Of a stretch of DNA of 38,704 nucleotides, positions 12,770 through 24,892 are shown one piece after another. The stretch covers positions 1 to 38,704 of the forward strand of contig JYFJ02003735.1 of the NCBI GenBank assembly GCA_000934665.2. Direction: 5' to 3'. The notes below the pieces were generated by a model. That model did no database searches and was not told the DNA's origin. It saw only the letters and a program-made list of their open reading frames with translations. Made by a program: the position numbers and the translations under genes. The first letter of the stretch is position 1. Every line of letters starts with the position of its first letter. The stretch is from Catajapyx aquilonaris (Eukaryota).

Positions 12770-12913
12770 GCTACAGTATAAAAAGCGGCTTAAAAAAGGG
12801 CGCAATGATATTGGGAAAATGCAGTCTTTCCTCCCCTGATGGGAAGTGACGTAAAGGCAGAGGAGGAGCCAGGGAGGAAGAGGGGTGTCGTGAGCGGGGG
12901 AAAAAAGTCCAAT
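12770..12913 (+). promoter_or_regulatory. Probable atlastin promoter/5'UTR
   Basis: CpG-rich patch with TATAAAA (~12778), GGAAGTGACGTAA (ETS/CRE-like, ~12842) and a YY1-like AATATGGCGG overlapping the start codon. Confidence 0.45.
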
Positions 12914-12959
12914 ATGGCGGAGATGGACTTGCCAGCCGAACGTAAACAGAGATCAGCAG
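12914..12959 (+). CDS. atl: atlastin coding exon 1 ([16 protein letters not shown])
   Basis: aatATGGcg in strong context, donor CAG|gtgagg; the phase-1 join to 15210 is in frame with the GTPase domain. Confidence 0.75.
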
Positions 12960-15900
12960 GTGAGGAGTGGAGAACGTGTTACGCACTCGGGGCTCAAGGG
13001 AGGGGCGCATTTTGATTCTGTTGTTACCGTGGTTACGCTGCGACGTTGGCTCTATTGGGTTTGTTTGGCGGTGGGCAGTGGGAGCAGAACCTGGGCGAAG
13101 AGGCTAGGCCTGCGAATGACTTGGCCAGTTCGGATACAGATGATGTAACTGGTAGTACCCACGGGCGACCAGAACGTGGGTAACGTCACCTAAGGCATAC
13201 CAAATGTTGGGTTTTAATTAATTAGAGTGATGGAATGGAAGTGGGGTTGGAGTGCTATGGCCAGTTAATACCAGTGACCTTGTATGCATGGCCTGTGGAA
13301 TTTCAGTTTGAAGTGCAAGGTTATGTGCATGCATAATGTTCCAAGGGTTTTTTTTTGTTGTTGTCAAGGGTACATTTTGTGCGGTAGTTTTAAGTCAAGA
13401 TGTCAGATCTTGGGGTGGTGTGATATTTTGAGAACCTGTTGCTAATGTTCAGCAGTATTATGGTAATTGCCCTATTGTTCAGTGCTGCCCTCTCCTCTAG
13501 CTTTGTTTGAGTCTGTAATGTGTGGGTGCACTTGCTCACACCTGGTTCTCAACTTTGCAATGTTGATGATGAGCCAAATTTGGAAGCTGCTCTTGGTGGT
13601 AGTTGATGAAGTTAGATGTAAAATAAGGTGTGTACCTCTTTTGGCTGCTCTGAAGCACCAACTATTCCCAAATTAACCCATTATTCAGAATCAATCTTTA
13701 AATGAAAGGCAATATTGTGAGAACTCCCACTCAAATTACATACAAAATAGACATGATCAGGGCAGGGTAGTCAGCAATTCAATAAGGTAGCTAGAACAAG
13801 GAAGAGAAATTGAGAGGAAGGCACATTGGAGGGAGAAGTGAGGTAATGTGAAACGCTAAAGCTAAATAGGTAGCAGTGGGAATAAAGTTAATGTCATGTT
13901 TAATACTGCTGGTGCTGTGTGCTATTACCACAATACACTTGCATAATAGAAGACATTCATTATGTAATCCTATTGTAGAGGTAATCTGGGGCAAGGGGTG
14001 TATGAAAGAAACTGACTGGATACACAGTATCTAGTGAGATTACATACCTCTGACTCGCGATTGGCCACAGAACAATTTATAATAACATTTTGGTTCTATA
14101 AGCAATGTTGTGACCGCAGGACATGAGATCTTGACCCTTGGCCTTGCCTTTGCCTTGCCTTGACCCTTTCAATTTTCCAGTCTATAATTTACATACGTAG
14201 CCTAATTAGGCACATCCACAAGTTCAAAAAAACACCAGTTGCAATGCATTCTTATTGCCATCAGATGCCCTCTTATGATGCGGTATGCATCAGCATTACT
14301 TAATTAATTGGTATAAAGTTGAGCATATGATTTGAGATTAACCAGGAACATACATTATGTAACATCTTCCCTCCAAATTGTCGCCATGGCACGAAGACAA
14401 TTTGAGATATAACCCTCGCTCCCACCTCCGCCTTTCCCACTTGCAGCCCACTGCTCATGTAGTAAGCAAGAAGACTAGTTGGCAGCAAGAACTGGCCTTC
14501 CCAAAATACTCCTCAGAAGTCTACCAGACAGATTTAGTGGTGGCCCACAAGATCTTGAGCCTGCAATTACCCCATCGGGAGGAAAATTGCCGGTAAATGG
14601 GAACTTTGATCTCTCTTCAGGGTTGTTGTTTCCGGGTTTGTTTGTATCTAGTGTGAGTTCGATTTTTTGGGGTGTGTGGTCTATGCTTCATGGTAGAAGT
14701 CACCAGTCTGTGATATATCTGAGACAGGGGGAGGAAAGAAAGAGTGGATTTTTCTTATTATCATCTAGACTGTGCAGGTGAGGCAATTGAGCATACTCCT
14801 GTAATAAAAACAGGGGAAAACTAGGAACAAAGGTGACCCTGAAATGTTATGAAACAATTATATTCCCAAGATGCTGAGTTGGATAGCTGAGTCAAGAGAA
14901 ATGGGGGGAGGGAGGGTGGCAGGAGAAGGGAAGCTGGTGGTGATGAGACAGGAATTGCACAAAACCTGGGAAGAAATATCCAACTAGCCATATTTTTAGA
15001 GTGTGATGCATTGCAAGTAGGTTAGTAGGTTCTGTGAACATCAGCTGGACTCGTTAAAAAAACTCATTGTGTGATCAGCTGGCACCAAAGTGCACATGTG
15101 ATATCTCCTACCTCACTCTCATTTGTGGGGGGATAGACTAGATAAGATTAGTGATATGTAGTCAGCTGGAGGTGAAGATCTAAATTCACGCTAATTTTTG
15201 TCTTTCCAGGCTGTGCGAGTATGATGGATAGGCCATTGAGGATAGTGTCTGCCAAGGACAACCATGTGTTCGAACTGGATGAACCCGCCCTGGAGAGCAT
15301 CCTCATGCAGGATCACATTAAGGACAAGCATGTAGTAGTTGTGTCAGTTGCTGGAGCATTCCGAAAGGGGAAGTCATTCCTTCTCGACTTCTTCCTTAGA
15401 TACATGCAAAATTCTGTGAGTGTCTCAGAGGTCAATGTTTAATATACTTAAAGAGACACTCCACACAAAATGCAAGTTGGGCTCTAAAAATCGGGCAGAC
15501 AATCCTGATTCCAAAGGTGCAATCGTTTTTTTTTCTACTTGGAACGGAAAAGCCAGGACGAGGCGTTACAGTCTCAGAATTTGCGTCGCCCTCTAGTGAG
15601 GTGACCCTCCAGTCCAGTCCGCCGCCGCCGTGCGTACCGCCACCGGGTATTAGGCGAAACTGGTTTAGGGTCGTGGGGCCGGATGAAGCTGTGGAATGGG
15701 CCAAAGATGGCGTGGACCAAAGATGGCGCAACCTAAGGCCAATTTCTGCCAAGTCCCGGTGGAGGCGCTGCTGTTTTGCGGCCAAATTGCCAAATTTTGA
15801 TGGCTCGCCCTGGCCTTACCGTTCATCTCAGAAAAACTGCTTATACCCTCGGAATCAGGTTTTTTTGCCCAATTTGTAGAGCCCAACTTGCATTAATGGA

Positions 15901-18900
15901 GTGTCCCTTTAAGTTATTTCTTACTAATCTGTTTCAATTGAAGTGCCAGTTTCAGTTAGCAATTTTTTTGCACTTAAATATCTTAGTTGTAAATAGGTTC
16001 ATGTTCCAATGGTTACTTTTAGCAGCTTATTACTTTAGAGCTTATTAAGGATTCATTCAGGCCCTGAATTGCTATGATTTTCTGAGTACAAGACAGTACG
16101 TCTATTCCAGTGGTTTCCAACCTTTTACCAACTGCGACCCCCTAAACATGTTTCCATAAATGTGCAACCCTGCCCCTTCCTCCCCGCCCTCGGCCCCCCT
16201 GCAACTGCCCCCTTTCCAGAAAACATACACTCTGTACAGCCGCAAAAATGGTTCAATTGACACAGAAATTGCAAAATAAAAGTTGAACCAAGGCTCGTGA
16301 CCCACTGGTTGGAAACCACTGGTCTGTTTGTTTATCAGCAAGTAACACCAGTCAATGCACTATATTATTAAATTCCAATGCGGGGTTAGTAGGGGACATG
16401 GCTTACCTACCCTGCACATGTCCATTCCAGTGTAAGCTCTGGTGTTGCACCATTGCAGTGCTGGCAGCATGCTCAGATTGAGCAGGCCAGGCTGATGTAA
16501 GGCTTACTTAACACTGGCTTACACTGGGATGTCATTGCACTGCATTCTGACATCAGTCTACTGCTTCTTGCACTGCACCAGCTGATAAACAAATATACCT
16601 GCTGTGGATGACCCATTTTGACCCTGGGGCACCTGAGGTCAAAAGTAGAACCCAAATTTTTGGAGGCTAGATCCTTCCACAGTTCCTTAATGATACGTGA
16701 CCGCTCCAGACAATAGTATCACCAAATACATTTGATAACCCCAAGAAGGAACTGTTTAAAATAAGCTGTTTAGGGTTTTAAAACCACTCCCTGAAATGCA
16801 CAAAGTTTAACATCATTATTATCAAAAATGTACTATCTCATTGGGTTGTGCTGGGCACGCCTGTTTTCAATATGAATTGTCCATTGGTTACATTATTTCT
16901 TGTATATTTTAAGAAAATGCTGTTAGCACAATAGTTAGACCCACTTGATTTTCATACATTTTAGGAAGAGTCAGAGTGGCTAGGCCCAGATGATGCTCCT
17001 CTTGAAGGCTTCTCCTGGCGTGGGGGTGCAGAGCGAGACACAACAGGCATCCTGTTTTGGAGCGAGGTGTTTGAAATCGACACCCCAGATGGGGACACTG
17101 TAGCTGTCCTGCTGATGGATACTCAAGGGGCATTTGACAGTGAATCAACTGTGCGGGATTGTGCCACCGTGTTTGCTCTGAGCACCATGATCAGCTCAGT
17201 GCAGATCTTCAACTTGTCACAGAACATTCAGGAAGATGACTTACAGCATCTTCAGTTGTTCACTGAGTATGGGCGCCTGGCCCTTGAGGACTGTGGTGAG
17301 AAACCTTTCCAGCGGTTGCAATTTCTTGTGAGGGACTGGAGCTTCCCGTATGAGGCTGCTTATGGGAGCCAGGGAGGCAAGCTCATTCTTGACCGCAGAC
17401 TGCAGGTGAGAACAGATATATTTTTTACGGGAAATGCACACTTGTGAAACAAATTTTCGTGAGCTGTGGTCAGTGGTAGGAAAAAGAATAAGAAAACCAA
17501 ACGTGGTACAAAACAGAGGTTTTTCACTTTGTATATGAAGACCTGGGGGGAAGAACAATCAAGGTCCACTTTTTGTTAAAAATTAGTTACATATCTCAGA
17601 CGATACTTTCACTAGTGTAGAATGTGATAGTTTGGTAGTGGTTGTGGAGTAGGCCTAATGATCATAGTCCACTATGGAAGGCCACGAAAGTTTGATTTAC
17701 AATGGAACCGTATGGGCCTTCGAAATTTAAAATTGGAATATCTCAGTTTCACCTGAGGTGGACCTTGATCGTTCTTCCCCCGAGGTCTTCATATGGAAGC
17801 CCTATCATCTGTTGCAATACGTTACATACATTGAACAAATATCTTGTGGCAGTCCCAACAAGCTCTTATGAGAATCTCCTCTCATAACTCATCCAAATGC
17901 AATGGCAGTATTGTGGAGACAGTCATGCTATGTACAATAATTCTGTTGCAAAAGTTTTAGGCTCCCTGCAAATTCCACTGAAGGGGTGATGAAAATTTGA
18001 GCATAAAAGAAGTACATGTGAAGTTGGAGTGGTGCATTTTACAGAAATAGGACATGGAGCAAGAGAGGGAAGCATGGGTGGTATATATTTTTATTGGGAT
18101 TTTTATCCGCAGAGATAATTGATTGCACATTAACTTTGGCAACTTGCTTCAAAAGTTAAGACACCACATGGTGCATTAAAAAAAAGTTTCATCTGTGTCT
18201 GTTCAAAACTGTTGTGTTCCCCTTAGCAGATATTATGACTGCTTCAATGTGGGAAGGGATGGATGACAGCAGCACTGTGCACACTTCAGTACTGTCCCAA
18301 ACCTCTGTGATTCATCTTTTTAATGCTTGCATGTTGTGTGGCTGTAGGTGACCGAGTCTCTTCTTCATAATCTGCCATAGTCTTCGATCCACAATACCTG
18401 CCTAAAAATATGCAAGTTTAGGCTGTACTTGCTCTTACTGGCGTGTGGGAGGGTAGAAGTCGGTGGGGGCAGCGGGCTGTGTCGCCAAGATAGGTCTGTA
18501 TCCGCAAGGAAGGAAGGTTAGGCTTGGTTAGGTTGGGTTGGTACAGCATACCCCTTCCAAAATCCAAGAAATCAATCTGCCTTTGCGACATAGCCAAGCT
18601 GCCCCCAGCCACTACTTCCCCTACCGCGTCCCGCACGCCAGTAAGGGTAAGTCTTTCCAAAGTTTACTTAGATATTGGTACCGGAAGTTCTTATTTGTAA
18701 GGGTGAGAATCCAGGGGTGGAACTTTCGTCCCACTTCTAGTTACTGCTAACTAGTAGTAACCATCCCCAACACTGGTGTTGCCAAGTTAGCAGTAACTAG
18801 CAGTGGGACGAAAATTCCACCCCAGATTTTTAAATGTTGCTGTTATTTTGCTCACATTTGTAGAAATTTGGGAAGTTCTGGTTTATGCTATACAAAACTG

Positions 18901-21900
18901 GATGTGATCAGGAAAGCATGTGATGGTCACACTATTATTAATGCTTCATTTTGCAGGTGTCAGAGAAACAGCACCCAGAATTGCAGGCCCTCCGGAGGCA
19001 CATCCGGTCATGCTTCACAGATATCGATTGCTTCCTCATGCCACACCCGGGCTTAAAAGTGGCCACCAGTCCCAAATTTGATGGTCGGCTTCAAGATATT
19101 GAGAGTGAGTTCAAGGAGCAACTTAAGGTGTTGGTGCCCCAGATGCTGGCCCCTGAGAACCTGGTGGTCAAAAGGATTGGAGGAAATAAGGTCAAGGCAA
19201 AGGAGTTAGTGCAATACTTCAAGTCCTATATCAACATGTACAAAGGAAATGAGCTGCCTGAACCGAAGTCCATGCTGGTGGTAAGGCTCTTGTAAAGTTT
19301 TTTTCAGATTCATCTTTGGACTGGGTCTTGTGTTGCCTGTAAACATTTTAAATGCTGCTTTTGTGTAAATTCAGATTTTGTTAAGTATGTAATAAGAATC
19401 TGTTACACTGTAAATTTTACAGGCAACTGCAGAGGCAAATAACCTATCTGCAGTGGCAAATGCAAAGGAGATGTACCAGCAGCTGATGGAAGCAGTGTGT
19501 GGAGGTGATAAGCCATTCTTAAACACTGCGCACCTGGAGGCTGAACACACTTTGGCGAAAGAGAAGAGTATGGCTCTGTTTCGGAGCAAGCGGAAGATGG
19601 GCGGGGAGGAGTTTTCGGAGACATACAAGGAAAAATTGTCACTGGTCAGTGGCACTTCATATGATTTTAGAGTTTATGGGGTAATAGAGGGGATCAAAAC
19701 ATGCAAACCCATCAAGATATGGCCTCCCTTTCATTTGTGCGAATATAGCGGTAGTTATAGAATGGGGAACATGGATAAGGGCACAACAAGCTACAAAAAA
19801 ATAACTGCTATTGGACGATATCAGTTATCAAAAAGTGACCCATGAATCTGGAATACCATGTATATACAGTTGAATCCGGATATAACACTTGAAAGGCCGG
19901 TCCCGGCAAATTCCATATATGGCCTGTGTATTCGGCTATAACAGACCTCGGTTATAAAAGACTGATTTCCATGGTCCCTTGAAGTCTGTTATATCCGGAT
20001 TCATCTGTATTTGATGTAATTAGTTTTATGCTAGTTACTGTGATTTGGGTGTCTTGTAATTACCCTTCTGGTTCACTTACCCTGCAGGACCTGGATGAAG
20101 TGTTTGAACATTATCGGTCTACCAATGAAAGCAAGAACATCTTCAAAGCTGCTCGCACACCAGCTACACTATTTACTGTTGCCGTAATCTTCTACATCCT
20201 GTCAGGAATATTCAGCCTGGTGGGGATCACCTCATTAGCTAGCCTCTGCAACCTGATCATGGGTGTTGCTTTACTCACCCTCTGCACATGGGCATACGTC
20301 AGGTTCGTCTATTATGGATGATCTCCAAATCCTACCTGCCATTCCAATTCCCTGATGAAACCTGGCTGTCTACAAGAAGGAAAACTAAATGATGGAATTA
20401 CTTGCAGGTACAGCGGTGAAATGCGAGATCTTGGAGTACAGATAGATGCTGCTGCCCTGGCTATATGGGAAAATGTAAGTTGCTTTTTATGATCTTTGTG
20501 GTTTTTAGCATATTTTTAGATGTCATACGTCGGAGGGCGACTTTGTGACAAATCAGTTTTTCGGATCTCGCACCACTATTTTTTTAGTTTTTTGACTGAA
20601 ATCAGTGCCAGTAGATGGCTTCGAATGTGGTGCCACCTAGAGGCCAGCGTGGAAAGCTCCTACGCCTCGTGCATTGTTGGGGGTAATATTCGAAGTTAGA
20701 AAACTGCGAGGATTGTTGGCACTTCTTCCAATTACTTTTCCTAATAATAATAATAATAATAATAATAATTGTGGGTTAGTGCTCACCCTTGCGGGCATCA
20801 GCACAGGCTTTATTTTTCAAGTTGGTACATGTTTGGAACCTTTTGGCGAAACGCCCGGGCCCACGGGCGGGATGACAGGAGGGGATGTGCAAAGTGCAGT
20901 GCAATGCTGAACGAGGTCATTTTGTGAACTCCCTCGGGTGGATTTGTCTATTGGATATTCCACCCAGAAACGAAGCCAGAGACGACCCACACTCTGCACG
21001 GATGAAGGGGGTGTCCCCGGGCGGGATTTGATCCTGGGACCTTAACATCCGTGGGCACACACGTTACCGCGGCGCCACTCCGTCTCCCCCGCTTTTCCCC
21101 GCATAGTTGCAACGAGGGTAAAACATGTAACATATATTGAAGACAAATTCATTGGCTAAGAAATGATATAACTACGAGGGTGTTAGTTGAATTTCGTACT
21201 TTTGCGGGGTGACTTTGTGACAGCAATAACTTGTCATAAAGTCAGTCCACAGATATTATTTACTGTTTTGACCTATGCCCTGGTCCTTTAGGGTACCATA
21301 CCACTAGAAATTATACACATCCAAATGAAAATCCAAAGAAATCAGCCGCCGAGAACTTAACGAAGTTAAGGACTTGAACGAAAAGACCAAAAAAATTACA
21401 ATGTTTTTTTATAATATTACATTACACTTTGTATATGATCACAGTCACAAAGTCTCGTGACAATTGTAAATGTGAATATTTTTGTAACGGATCAAGTTAT
21501 CAATATGATCTGCACATGGATATGTAGAGGAAGGATGAGGGTACAAACCTTAATAAGACATTTGTTGGTAAAACATTAAACCGTTTCTGCTGATACAAAA
21601 AACCTCAAAAACTGTCTTTCGGTACTCTTCTGTTAGTACGTGGTAATTGTTGAAAAGGTCTGGAATGTACGTAGTGCATTCCATTATAACAAATGTTTAT
21701 GCTTCAAATCACTTTCATTGCCATCAGAAGGAATAGTGTTTATGTCAACTATAATGAAAAAATTATCCAGAGGTTTGCTAAGAACCAGATTAAGGGGGAA
21801 GTCTTGGAAGCTCAATCAGTTATGTGTCCTGTAGTGATGTATCTGCCAAAAACATGGCATCAAATGAAGAAGGGAATGAACGTAATATTTTATCCCAGCT

Positions 21901-24892
21901 TGGGGACACAAAAGCTCTTCTTTTAACAATATTTATATTATGTGGATCTACCCCCCACCAACACAATGGGAAGACCATACAGTGGTGACATGTCAACAGC
22001 CAATTGCAGCCCTCCACAAGTCCCACCCACCCACTGGCATCACAGTTATCAGAAATTTGTGTTCAGGTGCTAATTGCACAACTTGGGATAACAAGGATGA
22101 GACAAGCCAGTCTGTCATCAACATTGAAATGCCATGTTTCTGGATTTTGTAGATCACGAGGGCCCTAATAATGTGGTAGCCCTGGGGCAGAGCTGTGTTT
22201 TCTTCTCCACCCTATCCACCCTTCGTTCAGGATCCCAGATGTGCCTGGCAGTGAGCACCAGTGACAGCTGTTATGACACTGAGTAGTATCAAAAAAGTGG
22301 TGCTGTTCCTGCTCTGGCTGTTTTCTGCAAGCTAGAGTGACTTAAAAGTTTGAGCAGGTTATCCATGGCATTAAATTTAACCTCTTCGCTACCAGATAGT
22401 CCCTAACGACATAGTTTTTGGATTACGCGTACTCCGAAGATACGCACAAGATATTTTACAAATAATAACAGATATACTTACCCAATCAGGGAAAACACTA
22501 TGAATGTGTCTTGAACATTATTACTCGTCTAGAAGTCCCTAAATTAATTTCCCCCCAAAAAAGGCCATAAAAACTCGAAATTGAGTACTGCCGACCAACA
22601 CTGTTAGGCTCATTTAATTATGAAATATGCCAAAATATACAGAACAGCAACCTTGAGAACCATGCCAGACGAATTTGCTGAAATTGTTGTACTTTGCGAG
22701 AAATAAATTAATACTTATTTGCAGCTTTTTTGACACTTCGTGAGAAGTAAATAGATTTGGGAGTTTTCCAAAGTGCCAGAAAGCCGCAAATAAGTATTAA
22801 TTTATTTCTTGCAAAGTACAACAATTTTAGCAGATTCGTCTGGCATGGTTCTCAAGGTTGTTATTCTGCATATTTTCACGCATTTCATAATTAACCCTTT
22901 GACGGTGGGGTTTTTTGGGTCGGTTTTTTCTTTTCTTGGCGAAAATTTGTAGTAGGAGTGATATTAATGAAAAACAATGTGCTCCAATATTTATCATTTT
23001 AACTCATGGTGGTCACTTTGAATGTAAAATGCCGGAAAAAATCATCTACAGGGTGTTCCAGAAAAATAAAGTGCCATTAAATTAAATTAAATTATTTGGA
23101 GGGGGGGGGGGNCTAAGGGGGGAAGGGGAGGTTCCCAAGGGAGGGTTCTGTAATTTTTAGTCATTTCTGACTTTGTGAAATACACAAGGCCTTTTCTCCT
23201 GGCCCTGGGCAGAGTAGGGAGTGCAATTCTGCCCCGGCATGTCGGGTGAAAAGCGGAAAAAGACCTGACCAAGCAGAGGTGACGGGGACGGGATTTGAAC
23301 CCCGGCCTCCCGCTTGGCTGGCCAGTGGCGTAACCACTAGACCACCATTCCTCCCTTAATTTAATTAATTTAAATTTTTAAAGTCACTATGTATAGTGTA
23401 ATATTTAAATTTAATATTGAGTGTTTGTCGTCTGAGATGGGTGGGGGGCGGGACGGGTTGTTTATAGGTTTATTTGTACAAGTTTTAATTTAGTTCATAT
23501 TTTGGGTTGGCATGTGGCTCCCGTCATCGCTGACTACCCCTTACAGGGAAATGTCATGATGATGATGAAAGTCACTATAAAATTGTTACGATGGTTACAT
23601 AATACTAAAACACTGTGGTCCCCCCAAAAGGGCCCCCTCCCTCCAACGCGGTTATTGAAATAAATAAATACTAAAACACTGTACTATGAGAAATTCTTAA
23701 GAGTCCAGACTTATGGGGCACCCTGTTCTGACGCTGCGGGAAAGGGTATGTTTAGCTCACACTGGGAGGCGGAAAAACTGATAACAATACACCATGGTAG
23801 TTGAGCCTCCTTCCACGAGGTGATAGGAGCAGTTTGAGCCTCAAACTGCACCATTTCTGTCGAAACTCTTGCGCGCCCAGTACCAAAACCCGCAGGACCT
23901 CATATGAGGCACGTAGCCCTCAAAGGGTTAAATCAGCCTAACGATTGGTCGGCAGTACTTTAATATCGAGTTTTCATAGCCTTGTTTTTGGAAATTAATT
24001 TGGAGACTTCTAGACTGAGTATCCCTTTTCCCTGATCGGGTAAGTATAGCTGTTATTATTTGTAAAATATCTTGTGCGTATCTTCCGAGTACGCGTAAGG
24101 CAAAATCTATGTGGTTCAGGCCTATCTGGTAGCGAAGATATTAAGGGAGGGGTGAGCCCACTTCCTCTTCGATATGTGTTGCCAGGATAGCGATCCGTTT
24201 TTGTAAAACGCATGACATCAGACAATAAGAGCCCCACCCTTTGTAGCCTAGAGGACATTCCCATGATTGCAATTTTAGTGTGAAAGCCAGGTTAGCATTG
24301 AAGCACCGCCCCCCCCCCCCCACCTCCCTCACCAGATTTCAGAATTTGAAAGGCAAGCCCAACCCTAAGTGGTATATGAGCATCCAAGATAAGGAAATTC
24401 CACAATAATGCTGAAGTTATGTCACTTTGAGTTATTGGTAGTTGATGGTGACCACATTTGTGTTTTTCTTCCTGTCCGATGTTATGCCTGTGACTTGGTA
24501 ATCAACCAATACTCTTGGTAACAATCATTAACGTAGATACTAGTGCATTTTATTAGGTATGTGGGTGTATGGTGGTTGCTGCTAATACAATTCAATGTTG
24601 CCTTTCCATATAGCACATATTTTGGAGGAACAGGTTAGTCTCTGCTGGATTGTTTTTTTAGTTGCCAAATCACCTTGGTGGTGGCACCTCCTACCATGCT
24701 TTTGAATGCAATGCTTATATTTGGTTTGTATTTTTACTTAGGAGATAATTTAATTTTCTCCCTTTGTTCCAGTTTTTGAGCCCACTGTATATCGTCATGA
24801 TGGAAAGCAGTGCCCAACTGGCCGTCCAGCATGCTGCTGCCAACATGGGTGCTCCTCCAATGGCCCAGAATGGGAAGCACAAGGTGTCGTGA
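12914..24892 (+). CDS. atl: Atlastin (dynamin-like ER membrane fusion GTPase), 8 coding exons, 546 aa
   Basis: Spliced ORF of 1641 nt with all introns GT..AG and phases 1,0,0,0,0,2,0. It has P-loop GAFRKGKS, G2 [13 protein letters not shown]3 LLMDTQG, G4 FLVRDW, the middle domain ([16 protein letters not shown]), two TM helices and an amphipathic tail ([14 protein letters not shown]...WEN) ending NGKHKVS*. Confidence 0.97.
15210..15415 (+). CDS. atl: atlastin exon 2 (P-loop)
   Basis: Acceptor tttgtctttccag, donor TCT|gtgagt; encodes [24 protein letters not shown]. Confidence 0.96.
15452..15908. mobile_element. Kolobok-type MITE in atlastin intron 2
   Basis: TTAA|AGAGACACTCCA ... TGGAGTGTCCCT|TTAA with long subterminal inverted repeats; purine-purine termini and TTAA TSD. 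Confidence 0.82.
16108..16321. mobile_element. hAT-type MITE
   Basis: CAGTGGTTTCCAACC ... GGTTGGAAACCACTG with 8-bp TSD gtctattc/gtctgttt. Confidence 0.88.
16965..17405 (+). CDS. atl: atlastin exon 3 (G2-G4 motifs)
   Basis: Acceptor cattttag, donor CAG|gtgaga; EESEWLG...[15 protein letters not shown]...DTQGAFD...[11 protein letters not shown]. Confidence 0.97.
18421..18658. mobile_element. Fold-back MITE with 8-bp TSD and internal GGTTA repeats
   Basis: Inverted arms CTTACTGGCGTGTGGGA..GGGGGCAGC / GCTGCCCCC..TCCCGCACGCCAGTAAG; TSD caagttta/aaagttta. Confidence 0.72.
18715..18822. mobile_element. PIF/Harbinger-type MITE
   Basis: CAG|GGGTGGAACTTTCGTCCCAC..CTAGTTACTGCTAACT ... AGTTAGCAGTAACTAG..GTGGGACGAAAATTCCACCC|CAG. 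Confidence 0.8.
18957..19280 (+). CDS. atl: atlastin exon 4
   Basis: Acceptor ttttgcag, donor GTG|gtaagg; [13 protein letters not shown]...LPEPKSMLV. Confidence 0.97.
19423..19644 (+). CDS. atl: atlastin exon 5 (three-helix middle domain)
   Basis: Acceptor ttttacag, donor CTG|gtcagt; [11 protein letters not shown]...CGGDKPF...KMGGEEFS. Confidence 0.95.
19867..20007. mobile_element. pogo/Tigger-type MITE
   Basis: TA|CAGTTGAATCCGGATATAACA ... TGTTATATCCGGATTCATCTG|TA. Confidence 0.88.
20088..20302 (+). CDS. atl: atlastin exon 6 (TM hairpin)
   Basis: Acceptor ccctgcag, donor AG|gttcgt; [16 protein letters not shown] followed by two hydrophobic segments. Confidence 0.95.
20408..20474 (+). CDS. 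atl: atlastin exon 7 (amphipathic helix)
   Basis: Acceptor cttgcag, donor AAT|gtaagt; (R)[22 protein letters not shown]. Confidence 0.93.
20742..21088 (-). mobile_element. tRNA(Arg-ACG-like)-derived SINE, copy 1
   Basis: Minus-strand head with A box TGGCGCCGCGG, CCACGGA loop and B box GGATCAAATCC; body matches 34331-34676 and 35153-35591; (ATT)n tail. Confidence 0.88.
23160..23356 (-). mobile_element. tRNA(Gly-GCC-like)-derived SINE
   Basis: Head GGGAGGAATGGTGGTCTAGTGGTT..GCCAAGCGGGAGGCCGGGGTTCAAATCCCG with A and B boxes; 3' boundary uncertain. Confidence 0.72.
23391..23567 (+). mobile_element. 5'-truncated retroposon end with (TGA)n tail
   Basis: Ends CGCTGACTACCCCTTACAGGGAAATGTCA(TGA)4; 11-bp TSD AAAGTCACTAT at 23380-23390 and 23568-23578. 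Confidence 0.75.
24773..24892 (+). CDS. atl: atlastin terminal exon 8
   Basis: Strong polypyrimidine acceptor ttttctccctttgttccag; [39 protein letters not shown] resembles insect atlastin tails as I recall them, with a basic C-terminus. Confidence 0.88.
   Translation, partial: FLSPLYIVMMESSAQLAVQHAAANMGAPPMAQNGKHKVS

Larger units (their letters stand above)
23049..23725. mobile_element. Degenerate Tc1-type MITE nested in the piggyBac MITE
   Basis: TA|CAGGGTGTTCC ... GGGGCACCCTG; right TSD is imperfect. Confidence 0.55.
22895..23927. mobile_element. piggyBac-type MITE nested in the element above
   Basis: TTAA|CCCTTTGA ... TCAAAGGG|TTAA; host sequence cataa-TTAA-atcagccta rejoins exactly as in the copy at ~10075. 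Confidence 0.88.
22381..24140. mobile_element. TTAA-specific palindromic MITE carrying nested insertions
   Basis: TTAA|CCTCTTCGCTACCAGATAG ... CTATCTGGTAGCGAAGATA|TTAA; core homologous to 9725-10458. Confidence 0.85.
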
